Shown: positions 8,446-16,526 of the stretch, piece after piece
How the letters are laid out: each line of letters begins with the position of its first letter
Position numbering within the stretch: the stretch's first letter is position 1
NCBI GenBank assembly: GCA_017444615.1
Contig: JAFSWF010000028.1
Span: forward strand, 634-64,633
Length of the DNA stretch: 64,000 bases
Direction of reading: 5' to 3'
DNA from: Paludibacteraceae bacterium
Lineage (GTDB): Bacteria; Bacteroidota; Bacteroidia; Bacteroidales; Paludibacteraceae
Notes under the pieces: generated by a model
The model's input: the letters and a program-made list of their open reading frames with translations, nothing else
Database searches by the model: none
What the model was told of the DNA's origin: nothing
Made by a program: the position numbers and the translations under genes

Positions 8446-8473
8446 TCTGATAGCTGAATGCTGACAGCTAAAC
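8446..8473. repeat. 7-nt-period array (TCTGATA GCTGAAT GCTGACA GCTAAAC) upstream of sufB
   Basis: Fills the gap between the tRNA-Cys terminator and the sufB ATG. Shares GAWTGCTGACAGCTAAA with 24842-24858. Confidence 0.8.
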
Positions 8474-8477
8474 ACAC

Positions 8478-9917
8478 ATGGACGAACTGATTACTGACAT
8501 AACGAACCAGGAGTACAAGTACGGCTTTACCACCGATGTTGAAACTGACGTCATTCCTGCGGGGCTGAATGAAGACATCATTCGGCTTATCTCGGCGAAG
8601 AAAAACGAACCCGAATGGCTCCTAACATTCCGTCTCAAAGCCTTCCGCAAATGGCAAACGATGACCGTTCCCACATGGGCACACCTCACTATCCCCGACA
8701 TCGACTTCCAAGCCATCTCCTACTACGCCGCCCCAAAAACAAAATCTTCAAATGACCAAATGGTAAATGACCTTGATCCCGAGATCGCCAAGACCTTCGA
8801 TAAACTCGGCATCCCATTAGAGGAACGGGCAGCCTTGGCGGGCAACATGGCAGTCGATGCCGTCATGGACTCAGTCTCCGTCAAGACTACCTTCCGCGAC
8901 ACCCTCGCCGAAAAAGGTATCATCTTCTGCTCTATCTCAGAGGCGGTCAAAGAGTACCCCGAATTGGTGCAAAAATACCTCGGTTCAGTAGTCCCACCCA
9001 CCGATAATTTCTATGCCGCACTCAACTCGGCCGTCTTCACCGACGGATCGTTCGTCTATGTGCCGAAAGGGGTGCGGTGTCCCATGGAACTAAGCACCTA
9101 TTTCCGCATCAATGCCGGCAAAACAGGTCAGTTCGAACGCACACTGCTCGTGGCGGATGAAGGAGCCTATCTCTCGTATTTAGAGGGTTGTACGGCGCCT
9201 ATGAGAGACGAAAACCAATTGCACGCCGCCATCGTCGAGATAGTGGTGCACAAAGATGCCGAAGTCAAATACTCCACCGTCCAAAACTGGTACCCGGGGG
9301 ACAAAGACGGCAAAGGTGGGATCTTCAATTTTGTCACCAAACGAGGTATTACCTACGAGAACGCACGCCTCTCTTGGACGCAAGTAGAAACCGGTTCCGC
9401 CATCACTTGGAAATATCCCTCTTGTATCCTTCGCGGCGATAACTCATCCGCGGAATTCTACTCCGTGGCCGTCACCAATAACCATCAGCAGGCAGATACC
9501 GGCACGAAGATGATTCATATCGGACGCAACACCCGCAGTCGTATCATCAGCAAAGGTATCTCGGCAGGCCAAAGCCAAAACGCCTACCGCGGACTCGTCA
9601 AAATGGGACGAAACGCACTCAACGCACGCAATTACAGCCAATGCGATTCGCTGCTCTTAGGCGATCAATGCGGCGCACATACCTTCCCCGATATGATCAT
9701 CGCTAACCCTACAGCCATCGTCGAACACGAAGCAACCACATCCAAGATCTCTGATGACCAACTCTTCTATTGCCGCCAACGCGGTATAGGCGTCGAAGAT
9801 GCCGTCGGACTCATCGTTAACGGCTATGCCAAAGAGGTGATGGACAAACTGCCCATGGAGTTTGCCGTCGAAGCCCAAAAACTGCTCCAAGTCTCCCTCG
9901 AAGGCTCCATCGGCTGA
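8478..9917 (+). CDS. sufB: Fe-S cluster assembly protein SufB
   Basis: Full-length SufB blocks ([31 protein letters not shown]). In-frame SSNDQMVN repeat insertion at 8748-8772. Confidence 0.95.
   Translation: MDELITDITNQEYKYGFTTDVETDVIPAGLNEDIIRLISAKKNEPEWLLTFRLKAFRKWQTMTVPTWAHLTIPDIDFQAISYYAAPKTKSSNDQMVNDLDPEIAKTFDKLGIPLEERAALAGNMAVDAVMDSVSVKTTFRDTLAEKGIIFCSISEAVKEYPELVQKYLGSVVPPTDNFYAALNSAVFTDGSFVYVPKGVRCPMELSTYFRINAGKTGQFERTLLVADEGAYLSYLEGCTAPMRDENQLHAAIVEIVVHKDAEVKYSTVQNWYPGDKDGKGGIFNFVTKRGITYENARLSWTQVETGSAITWKYPSCILRGDNSSAEFYSVAVTNNHQQADTGTKMIHIGRNTRSRIISKGISAGQSQNAYRGLVKMGRNALNARNYSQCDSLLLGDQCGAHTFPDMIIANPTAIVEHEATTSKISDDQLFYCRQRGIGVEDAVGLIVNGYAKEVMDKLPMEFAVEAQKLLQVSLEGSIG
8748..8772. 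repeat. AAATGAC/AAATGGT array, in frame in sufB
   Basis: TCAAATGACCAAATGGTAAATGACC encodes SNDQMVND. Confidence 0.8.
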
Positions 9918-9938
9918 TTTTCCGCCTCCCCTCCATGC

Positions 9939-9994
9939 AAGAAAATTTTGCAAATAATCGTTCCGAAGGAAAAGAAAATTTTGCAAATAATCGT
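9939..9994. repeat. 23-nt direct repeat x2 (AAGAAAATTTTGCAAATAATCGT)
   Basis: Exact copies at 9939-9961 and 9972-9994, downstream of sufB. Confidence 0.85.
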
Positions 9995-10006
9995 GCGTAA
10001 GCTAAG

Positions 10007-10034
10007 AAAAAAGCGCTTTTTGGGCGCTTTTTTT
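10007..10034 (+). terminator. hairpin terminator after sufB
   Basis: AAAAAAGCGC-TTTTTGG-GCGCTTTTTTT. A near-identical module recurs at 49489-49513. Confidence 0.55.
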
Positions 10035-10043
10035 CGTCAAAAA

Positions 10044-10075
10044 CTTGCTTATTCCATTTTTTTGTTGTACCTTTG
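10044..10075 (+). promoter_or_regulatory. Bacteroidota sigma-A promoter
   Basis: CTTG (10044-10047), N20, TACCTTTG (10068-10075). Confidence 0.6.
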
Positions 10076-10079
10076 CTGC

Positions 10080-11963
10080 ATGAAAGGGAGATGGGTGTTC
10101 ATGGCTTTGGCTTTGGCGTTGGCTTTGGCGTTGGCAGCGCAGGAAAATACAGGGCGGAGATATATGCTTGACGATGTCATTTTAGATATTTACCGAGCCG
10201 CAACAGAATTGGGTGAGACGGATTATGAGCAGTTGCAAACGGACCTTTATGCCTTGTACGAGACCCCTATTGACCTCAATGCCACTACAGATGAAGAGTT
10301 ACAGCAGCTTCCTTTTCTCTCGCCGCATCAAATAGATGAGTTACTGGCCTACGCCGATCGGCATCCGTTTGAGTCCGTCTATGAACTGCAGCTCATCCCA
10401 TCGCTCACATCCTATGATATCCGTAATCTGCTGCCGTTTATTACAATCACCAATAACCAATCACCAATAACCAATCACCTCTACGCGCGGGAGGTGTTTC
10501 GCAATGCCAAGCATGAGGTTCTTACTCGTATAGATGCGCGGAATATAGAGGGGTTTGAAGGCACGGATCCTATGTATGTGCAAGGTCGGTATCGCTTTGA
10601 TTATCAGCGAAGGGTTGTTTTGGGTGCGCAGTTACGCAGACCGGCGGGCGGTGGGGCGCAAGATCTGCAATACGGCGCGTATCTGCAGCTTAAAGATATC
10701 GGTCCTTTGCACACACTGGTAGCCGGTAATTTTCAGGCTTCTTTTGGTCAAGGTCTGGTTCTGGCTTCCCCTTTCCATTCCGGCAAATCGGCTTACGTCA
10801 GCACAGTAGGTTTGCCGCAAGAAGGACTGCGTTATTACTCGTCGGTGGATGGCGAAGGCTTACACGGTGCCGGTACTACTTTTCGCTGGAAGTGGAACGG
10901 ACAGACACGCTTGGATGTGAGTGCGCTCTATTCGATGCGTCGGGCGAATGATAGCACCTGGCATCATCTGGTGGGCGCTAATGTGACCGTTCGTCATAAA
11001 CGACTACACGTTCAACTGACCGCTGTGGAGAACATCTGGTCGGATAGTATTCGTCCCTATCGGAATACCAATTATAACCGGCATTATTTCCGCGGTCGTA
11101 CGCAAGCGGTCATAGGCGTCTCTGCACGCTATAATCACGGTTGGTTCGATCTCTTCGGAGAAGTAGCCACCGCCCAAAACAGAGACCATTGGGGCGTAGG
11201 AACGCTCATCGGTAGTCGGTTCTACCCGACCGAGGGCGTGTCTTTGTTGGCGCTGTATCGCTATTATTCTCCGTATTTCGATAACGCCTTAGGCTATGCT
11301 TTTTCCGAGACTTCGCGCTTAGGCGATGAGAACGGAGGGTATCTGGGATTTGAACTGACGCGCTGGAAGAACTGGCGGGTTTGGGGATATGCGGATGTGT
11401 TTGGTTTTAGCGGACCCAAATACGGCATCCCCGATGCACCCTCTATAGGTTTTGATGCGTTGGTGGAAGTGTGTTATCGCTGGTTATCGCTGCGCCTTCG
11501 CGCCAAACAGAAAGGCGAGTTGAACACCTATATGACGCGGGCGCAATTCGATTGGATAGAAGGTCCATGGTCGCTACGAACCACCGCCGAAGCGAATCTC
11601 ACTCATCAGACGGAACTCCACTACGGCGTAACGCTCTATCAAGATGTAGCCTACCGGTTTCAGCAGGCACCGGTCTCCCTCCGCGGACGAGTGCAATTCT
11701 TCGATGCACGGGAGTGGAACAATCGTATCTATGCGTACGAACACGATGTGCTGTATGCGTTCTCTATTCCTGCGGTGTATGGCTTAGGCGGACGGGCGTA
11801 CTTATGCCTGAGATGGCAAATCATCCCGCAACTGGCGTTGTACTGCCGCGTGAGTGAGACCCTTTGGCAAAAAGCGTGGTACAGCGCGCATCATCCTTCT
11901 TGGAGCGGAAAAGGAATTCCTTCGCGAACAGACATTCACCTGCTTTTGAGAGCCACGCTGTAG
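10080..11963 (+). CDS. helix-hairpin-helix domain outer-membrane-type protein
   Basis: Signal-like MKGRWVFMALALALALALA, HhH/ComEA-like DLNATTDEELQQLPFLSPHQIDELLAY, then a long beta-rich region. ATG 10080 lies 4 nt after the -7 box, so ATG 10101 is an alternative start. ORF-track start 9948 rejected. Confidence 0.6.
   Translation: MKGRWVFMALALALALALAAQENTGRRYMLDDVILDIYRAATELGETDYEQLQTDLYALYETPIDLNATTDEELQQLPFLSPHQIDELLAYADRHPFESVYELQLIPSLTSYDIRNLLPFITITNNQSPITNHLYAREVFRNAKHEVLTRIDARNIEGFEGTDPMYVQGRYRFDYQRRVVLGAQLRRPAGGGAQDLQYGAYLQLKDIGPLHTLVAGNFQASFGQGLVLASPFHSGKSAYVSTVGLPQEGLRYYSSVDGEGLHGAGTTFRWKWNGQTRLDVSALYSMRRANDSTWHHLVGANVTVRHKRLHVQLTAVENIWSDSIRPYRNTNYNRHYFRGRTQAVIGVSARYNHGWFDLFGEVATAQNRDHWGVGTLIGSRFYPTEGVSLLALYRYYSPYFDNALGYAFSETSRLGDENGGYLGFELTRWKNWRVWGYADVFGFSGPKYGIPDAPSIGFDALVEVCYRWLSLRLRAKQKGELNTYMTRAQFDWIEGPWSLRTTAEANLTHQTELHYGVTLYQDVAYRFQQAPVSLRGRVQFFDAREWNNRIYAYEHDVLYAFSIPAVYGLGGRAYLCLRWQIIPQLALYCRVSETLWQKAWYSAHHPSWSGKGIPSRTDIHLLLRATL
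10104..10136. repeat. 6-nt-period GCTTTG/GCGTTG array encoding ALALALALALA
   Basis: GCTTTGGCTTTGGCGTTGGCTTTGGCGTTGGCA forms the hydrophobic core of the predicted signal peptide. Confidence 0.8.
10444..10478. repeat. 7-nt-period array (CAATCAC CAATAAC x2.5), in frame in CDS
   Basis: Encodes ITNNQSPITNH. Reverse-complement family of ATTGGTN arrays. Confidence 0.85.
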
Positions 11964-12008
11964 AATTATGCATGAGATGTGAAAAAACTTGATTTTTTTG
12001 CCAATTTA

Positions 12009-12040
12009 TTTGGTAATTCCATTTTTTTGTAGTACCTTTG
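12009..12040 (+). promoter_or_regulatory. Bacteroidota sigma-A promoter
   Basis: TTTG (12009-12012), N20, TACCTTTG (12033-12040); ATG at 12069. Confidence 0.7.
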
Positions 12041-12068
12041 CAGTCGATCTCATAACACACATCATACT

Positions 12069-13328
12069 ATGGAAAAAATCATCGAATTGATGCGCCTGCA
12101 CAAAGTGCCCGAGGCGTTCGAACAATTAGTTCCTCAATTAGCGACCAACGAACAAGCGCGGAGCCTCTTTCTCGAACTTCTGCGCACGGGTGCTAACCTC
12201 CACTTGCTGAAAGATTATGCAGAGTTGATCGAAAAGCAGGCTAAAGCCGGTAATCCGTGGATGCAGTTTGCTTGGGCGCGCTATCATGATTGTGTACAAC
12301 CGGAGGCCCACTCCAATGCGATCATGGAAGAGTATTACCTCAAGGCCGACCAAGCAGGCATCGCCGATGCACATATGTGTTTGGCCTTCTGCTGGCGGGA
12401 TGGTGATTTGGGTATGATAGATCTTGAGAAATACGCTCAGATGCGTCAAGAGGCCGTCGATCGAGGCAGTCATACGGCGGTGCAGCAACATCTTAGGGAC
12501 ATGATGAACGGCCGCGGAGGATTTGAGCGGGATCCATGGCAGGCGTATGAGTTGCTGGATAAGTTCGTTCGTCAAAGCGAGGCGAACGGAGATCATTTTG
12601 ACCCGCGGTACTTACATGTTTTGGCGGACATAGCGAACGAGTTGGGGCGCAAAGCCGAAGCGGATCTGCTGTATGAGAAAGCACTCAAAGCCGGTGACAC
12701 GACATCGTGGTTCTGGTTGGTGAACCTGCGTTGCTGCGACGAGAAAGGCAATATAACGGATACAGAGACATGTGAGCAACTGATGAATGAATACAACGAT
12801 TATGTGATACCCGAGGTTTTCTCCACCATGCAGCTGTGTATGGCAGCCTATAACTACGACGAATTGGATGAAGACCTGCAGCACGATGCACATCAGATGC
12901 TGAAAGATAACTTAGAGTTATCCTACGAGATAGGAGATGCCTACGGCGCGTTTAGTATGGGGTATAATTATTACTTAGGCCAATTCGGTTTTGAGGAGAA
13001 TAACGCGGAGGCGTGGAGATGGTTCGCTCGTGCCGCCCTGATGCGCAGTAGTACGGCGTATTACATGATGGCGCAGATGATAGCGGATGAGTATGCACCG
13101 GAAGGGTATGATGAAGAGTTCCAGCACATCTGCGAGTTGCGCGCATTGCGATTAGGCGAAGATGAATGTTTGGGAAAGGTGGTGCAAGCATACAAGCACG
13201 GCTTCCTAACCGATTTTGCATTAGAAATAGAAAAATACCATTTACCCGCCTATGAGGCGAAAGAAGAAGAGGAGGACGACGATGAATACGACGAAGGAGA
13301 CGACGGACGCTATGACGCCTATGCATGA
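12069..13328 (+). CDS. Sel1/TPR-like helical repeat protein with acidic tail
   Basis: Repeated units of the type AGNPWMQFAWARYH, AGIADAHMCLAFCW, GDAYGAFSMGYNYY. C-terminus EEEEDDDEYDEGDD. Confidence 0.45.
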   Translation: MEKIIELMRLHKVPEAFEQLVPQLATNEQARSLFLELLRTGANLHLLKDYAELIEKQAKAGNPWMQFAWARYHDCVQPEAHSNAIMEEYYLKADQAGIADAHMCLAFCWRDGDLGMIDLEKYAQMRQEAVDRGSHTAVQQHLRDMMNGRGGFERDPWQAYELLDKFVRQSEANGDHFDPRYLHVLADIANELGRKAEADLLYEKALKAGDTTSWFWLVNLRCCDEKGNITDTETCEQLMNEYNDYVIPEVFSTMQLCMAAYNYDELDEDLQHDAHQMLKDNLELSYEIGDAYGAFSMGYNYYLGQFGFEENNAEAWRWFARAALMRSSTAYYMMAQMIADEYAPEGYDEEFQHICELRALRLGEDECLGKVVQAYKHGFLTDFALEIEKYHLPAYEAKEEEEDDDEYDEGDDGRYDAYA

Positions 13329-13863
13329 GATACAACCCGAGCAGTCCCATTGGTGGGGCTTTGCCGCCATGCCCGATGAGTTGGAATACCCCTTTAACGG
13401 AGAAGATAATCCGCTGACCTTAGTATGCCAATTCCACCACGGCGAAGGAATGATTTATGTGTTTGCCGACCTCAATTATTTCCTCGGCGATTATGAAGCA
13501 GACGGCGGTCATATCGGCGAATGGGACGAACGGTTCTTTCGCGTACTCTATTCGCCAACCCGAGAGAACCTGCATATTCATGAAATAGTGGACGCTAACG
13601 GTGCATCGGCCGTACCGCAGGCAGAGCCGCTTGATGCACCGGCACAACGAGGCGAAGAATCGGGCGTGTTACAGCCGGCTTCTTGTTGGACGGACGAGTT
13701 GGAACAAGAGTTCCCGGGATACCAGGTATTGCTGGAATTGGATGAAAACGACGAGATAGGGCTGCGGTTCTATGACTGCGGAACCCTCTTCTTCCTCATC
13801 CAACCTAAAGACCTCGAGGCGAAGCGATTTGACAAAACCAAATGCGTGTTATATTCTTATTAA
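13312..13863 (+). CDS. DUF1963 (YwqG-like) family protein
   Basis: Blocks NPLTLVCQF and GLRFYDCGTLFFLIQPKDL match my memory of the DUF1963 family. Start is uncertain (ATG 13312 or 13321). The track start 13252 would overlap the upstream gene by 77 nt. Confidence 0.5.
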   Translation: MTPMHEIQPEQSHWWGFAAMPDELEYPFNGEDNPLTLVCQFHHGEGMIYVFADLNYFLGDYEADGGHIGEWDERFFRVLYSPTRENLHIHEIVDANGASAVPQAEPLDAPAQRGEESGVLQPASCWTDELEQEFPGYQVLLELDENDEIGLRFYDCGTLFFLIQPKDLEAKRFDKTKCVLYSY

Positions 13864-13890
13864 AGTCGAAAGTCAAAAGTCGAAAGTTTT
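13864..13890. repeat. 7-nt-period array (AGTCGAA AGTCAAA AGTCGAA AGTTTTA) filling spacer
   Basis: Spans from just after stop 13863 to ATG 13891. Confidence 0.85.
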
Positions 13891-14481
13891 ATGGATACGA
13901 TTGAAGAATTAGCCCGGTTATGCAAGCAGATCAATGATAACTGGCGAGAGAATGAGAACCGCAACGGGTGGAAAAACCTGCGGTTAGTGCCTGATGTAGC
14001 CAACCGTTTGACGGCAATGCCTCTAGAGGGCGAAACGAGCGCCGCTAATCAGATAGAGGTGCTCAGTCTGATGCTTGATTGCGTGGATGAACTCTCTATT
14101 CCCCGTCAAGTATTGGCCATCCGTAAATACCAACTATCGCTTTTCGACCAGCTGGAACCGGAGGCTGAGATAGAAGTGACGCGCGAGGAGGTGGAGCATG
14201 AGATAAAACGCTTGGAGGACTACTTGGACCTTTCCATCCCGATGGAAGAGTGGTGCAAAACCTACCACAAGCATCTGCTCTTTGACCCCGTAGAGCGCAC
14301 CCTCGAATACGAGACTATCATCTATGAGGCGGAGGAAGAGGTAGCGGAGAAACTCAAGAACGAGCATCGCGGTATGGGCTTTTGCTTCTCCTATTGGGCC
14401 ACGCTGGGAACGGCGTTGGCGAAACGCGGTATCGAGTGGCGCAGTCCGAGTCAGATGAACCCGCGAGTGCATTTTGACTAA
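13891..14481 (+). CDS. hypothetical protein
   Basis: 196-aa acidic ORF with no recognisable motif. The upstream spacer is entirely a heptamer array. Its stop abuts the convergent recO stop. Confidence 0.55.
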   Translation: MDTIEELARLCKQINDNWRENENRNGWKNLRLVPDVANRLTAMPLEGETSAANQIEVLSLMLDCVDELSIPRQVLAIRKYQLSLFDQLEPEAEIEVTREEVEHEIKRLEDYLDLSIPMEEWCKTYHKHLLFDPVERTLEYETIIYEAEEEVAEKLKNEHRGMGFCFSYWATLGTALAKRGIEWRSPSQMNPRVHFD

Positions 14482-15078
14482 TCAGTCAAAGACCTCCATC
14501 AGTACCGCCAGAGAGCGGGGTTCGGTCCAATCATCTATATGTTCGCTAAAATAGGCACAGAGTCGGCGGAGTTGTTCTTGCCGTTCTGACCGTGATTGAG
14601 GCAGCCGCAGTAATTGCGGCTGTTCTGTTTCATCAATGGCAAAACCTAACTGTGCTGCAAAACCGATGAGAAAGTGGATATGAAAATTAGGCGAGTCGTC
14701 AAGAGTCCGCACGGCTTGCGACAGGAAAGCGAACATAGGCTCATCGGGCACGGGATAACGGAGGGTGAGATAAAGCACTTCACTGAGGAAAAGCGCCATC
14801 GCCTGACGATAATAATCGCTTTGCGAACCCGTCGTAACAGGTACGAGCGGAGTGGCTTCTTTGAGCGTGGGCGGTTTGGAGCCCACCGGATAATCCGCCG
14901 TAATAGAAAGGAGAGTGAAAGGGGTATAGAGGCCGATGGCATGCTTGCGACCCAAGCCATACACCATATAATTAACACGTCCGCCTGCGCGTGTATACGC
15001 GTGGAGAACGTGTGCTTTATCAGAGCGAGGTTGAAGTGATAAGACGATTGCCTCAGTCGTGCTGACCATAGATACCAT
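14482..15078 (-). CDS. recO: DNA repair protein RecO
   Basis: N-terminal OB-like TEAIVLSLQPRSDKAHVLHAYTRAGGRVNYMVYG and overall size fit Bacteroidota RecO. Alternative start ATG 15069. Overlaps the upstream gene end. Confidence 0.65.
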   Translation of the reverse strand: MVSMVSTTEAIVLSLQPRSDKAHVLHAYTRAGGRVNYMVYGLGRKHAIGLYTPFTLLSITADYPVGSKPPTLKEATPLVPVTTGSQSDYYRQAMALFLSEVLYLTLRYPVPDEPMFAFLSQAVRTLDDSPNFHIHFLIGFAAQLGFAIDETEQPQLLRLPQSRSERQEQLRRLCAYFSEHIDDWTEPRSLAVLMEVFD

Positions 15079-16039
15079 CTATTTGTACGCCATCGGAGAG
15101 GCGATAGACGCAGAAGGACCAATCGGCTTTTTGACCTGTCTGAGCGGGTTCGAAATGCAGCACACCGTATGCGGGGTCAGTTGAGGTGAACTCCGCTGAG
15201 AGGTTTTTCTGTGCTTTGGGTTTGCCGGAGGTGTTAATCACCACAAAGGGCGTTTGCCGCACATAACTATGGTCATGTCCCGCTAAGACAAGGTCTGCTT
15301 GGGACAAAGTATAACGGAATGTGGCATAAATGAGCGGATTGACGCGTCCTTTGGCAGCCGAGAGAACAGGATGGTGCATCAGTACGATTATCCTTTTGTT
15401 TTTGGCCGCATTCATCGCCGCTTTGAGCCAAGTAAGCGTCCTCGTCAATCGCACCAAGCGGTTAAGGGGATTCGTATCCAGAATGATGAATCGTACTTGC
15501 GGAAAATCAACGATGTAATTCGCCCCTTCTATGCCCAAGGTGGTATCCACCGGTTGCGGAAACCATGTGTTCCATTGAGGTGCGATGGCTTTGCGGAAGC
15601 CTTTATCGTACTCATGATTACCGGCACAGGTGATAACCGGCAGTCCTTCGAGCGCCGACGGAGTCCATTCGCGGAGCAGAAGTTGGTAGTAATAAGGATA
15701 ACCTCTATCCAGCCAATCGCCTGTTTGGATGAGGGCATCAACTATGGGAACCCTTGCAGCGAGCGAATCGTAGTCGGCTTTCTGCAAGCGATTATGCACA
15801 TCGCCCAGCACTAATATATCCAACGAAGCAGGGCTTTGCGTATCTTGCCATCCTTTCGTTGTACGTACAAAACCGTTCAGCGTATCACCTGCAAAGGTAG
15901 GGAACGTATAATCGATGGTCTCTCCGTGCCAATGGGGTTCTTCGGGCATGCCAAACCATGCCTGCCAGCGGAGGGCGCAGATGACTACGCCGACCGCTAA
16001 CAGGGCAGAGGGAAGGACTATTTTGATCCACCTACGCAT
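15053..16039 (-). CDS. membrane-anchored metallophosphoesterase (calcineurin-like)
   Basis: GDVHN, GDWLDRG, GNHE, HHP and GHDH motifs. N-terminal hydrophobic anchor. Confidence 0.8.
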   Translation of the reverse strand: MRRWIKIVLPSALLAVGVVICALRWQAWFGMPEEPHWHGETIDYTFPTFAGDTLNGFVRTTKGWQDTQSPASLDILVLGDVHNRLQKADYDSLAARVPIVDALIQTGDWLDRGYPYYYQLLLREWTPSALEGLPVITCAGNHEYDKGFRKAIAPQWNTWFPQPVDTTLGIEGANYIVDFPQVRFIILDTNPLNRLVRLTRTLTWLKAAMNAAKNKRIIVLMHHPVLSAAKGRVNPLIYATFRYTLSQADLVLAGHDHSYVRQTPFVVINTSGKPKAQKNLSAEFTSTDPAYGVLHFEPAQTGQKADWSFCVYRLSDGVQIDGIYGQHD

Positions 16040-16467
16040 TAGAAGGGCAGATCGCTGGTACCATCATTAACCGATGCGTCGAAAGGATCCACATCAGCCA
16101 TGGGGTCTAAAGGTTGCGCGGGTGCTGCAGCCGGTTGAGGCGCAGCAGCGGGTTGCGGAGCCGCAGCCGGTTGAACGCCTGCTGCTGCTTGCGTCACATC
16201 GCCTTGCTGGATTTTCCACGCACGGATAGAGGTGTACCAACGGCCGTTGAACTCACGGCTTTCGATATCGAAACTAACCGTCACTAATTGGTCAATGGCG
16301 CAAGGGTTCATCTTAATGCGGTCCTCGCCAAAGACTTCAAAATGCACTTTACGCGGGTATTGATCAAGGGTTTCCAACACATAGGGTTGTACTTTCCAGG
16401 GGTTGCCGTTTCGGCCGATGCCGCTTTGTTCCGGCAGTACTTGTATAATCTTACCTACAACTTCCAT
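16039..16467 (-). CDS. DUF3127 OB-fold-like protein with SSB-like disordered tail
   Basis: About 85-aa N-terminal domain typical of DUF3127, then PAAAPQ repeats and an acidic tip DGTSDLPF. TAATG overlap with the downstream gene. Confidence 0.65.
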   Translation of the reverse strand: MEVVGKIIQVLPEQSGIGRNGNPWKVQPYVLETLDQYPRKVHFEVFGEDRIKMNPCAIDQLVTVSFDIESREFNGRWYTSIRAWKIQQGDVTQAAAGVQPAAAPQPAAAPQPAAAPAQPLDPMADVDPFDASVNDGTSDLPF

Positions 16468-16526
16468 AAAATCATTTTCTCATTTATTCATTTACCATTT
16501 GGTCATTTATTTTACCATTTGGTCAT
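16468..16526. repeat. NCATTT-type array filling the pgk-stop to DUF3127-start spacer
   Basis: ATCATTTTCTCATTTATTCATTTACCATTTGGTCATTTATTTTACCATTTGGTCATT. Reverse complement of the AAATGGT/AAATGAC family. Confidence 0.85.

Noticed and set aside
9948-10079. N-terminal extensions offered by the ORF track (also 3491-3520, 4205-4231, 13252-13311, 17775-17912, 19180-19287, 25538-25567, 33723-33773, 39804-39866, 39908-40045, 47879-47947, 55838-55969, 60426-60443)
   Set aside because: The extensions translate promoter boxes, terminators, a tRNA gene, repeat arrays or the end of the upstream gene. In each case a downstream ATG begins the conserved N-terminus or a proper signal peptide.
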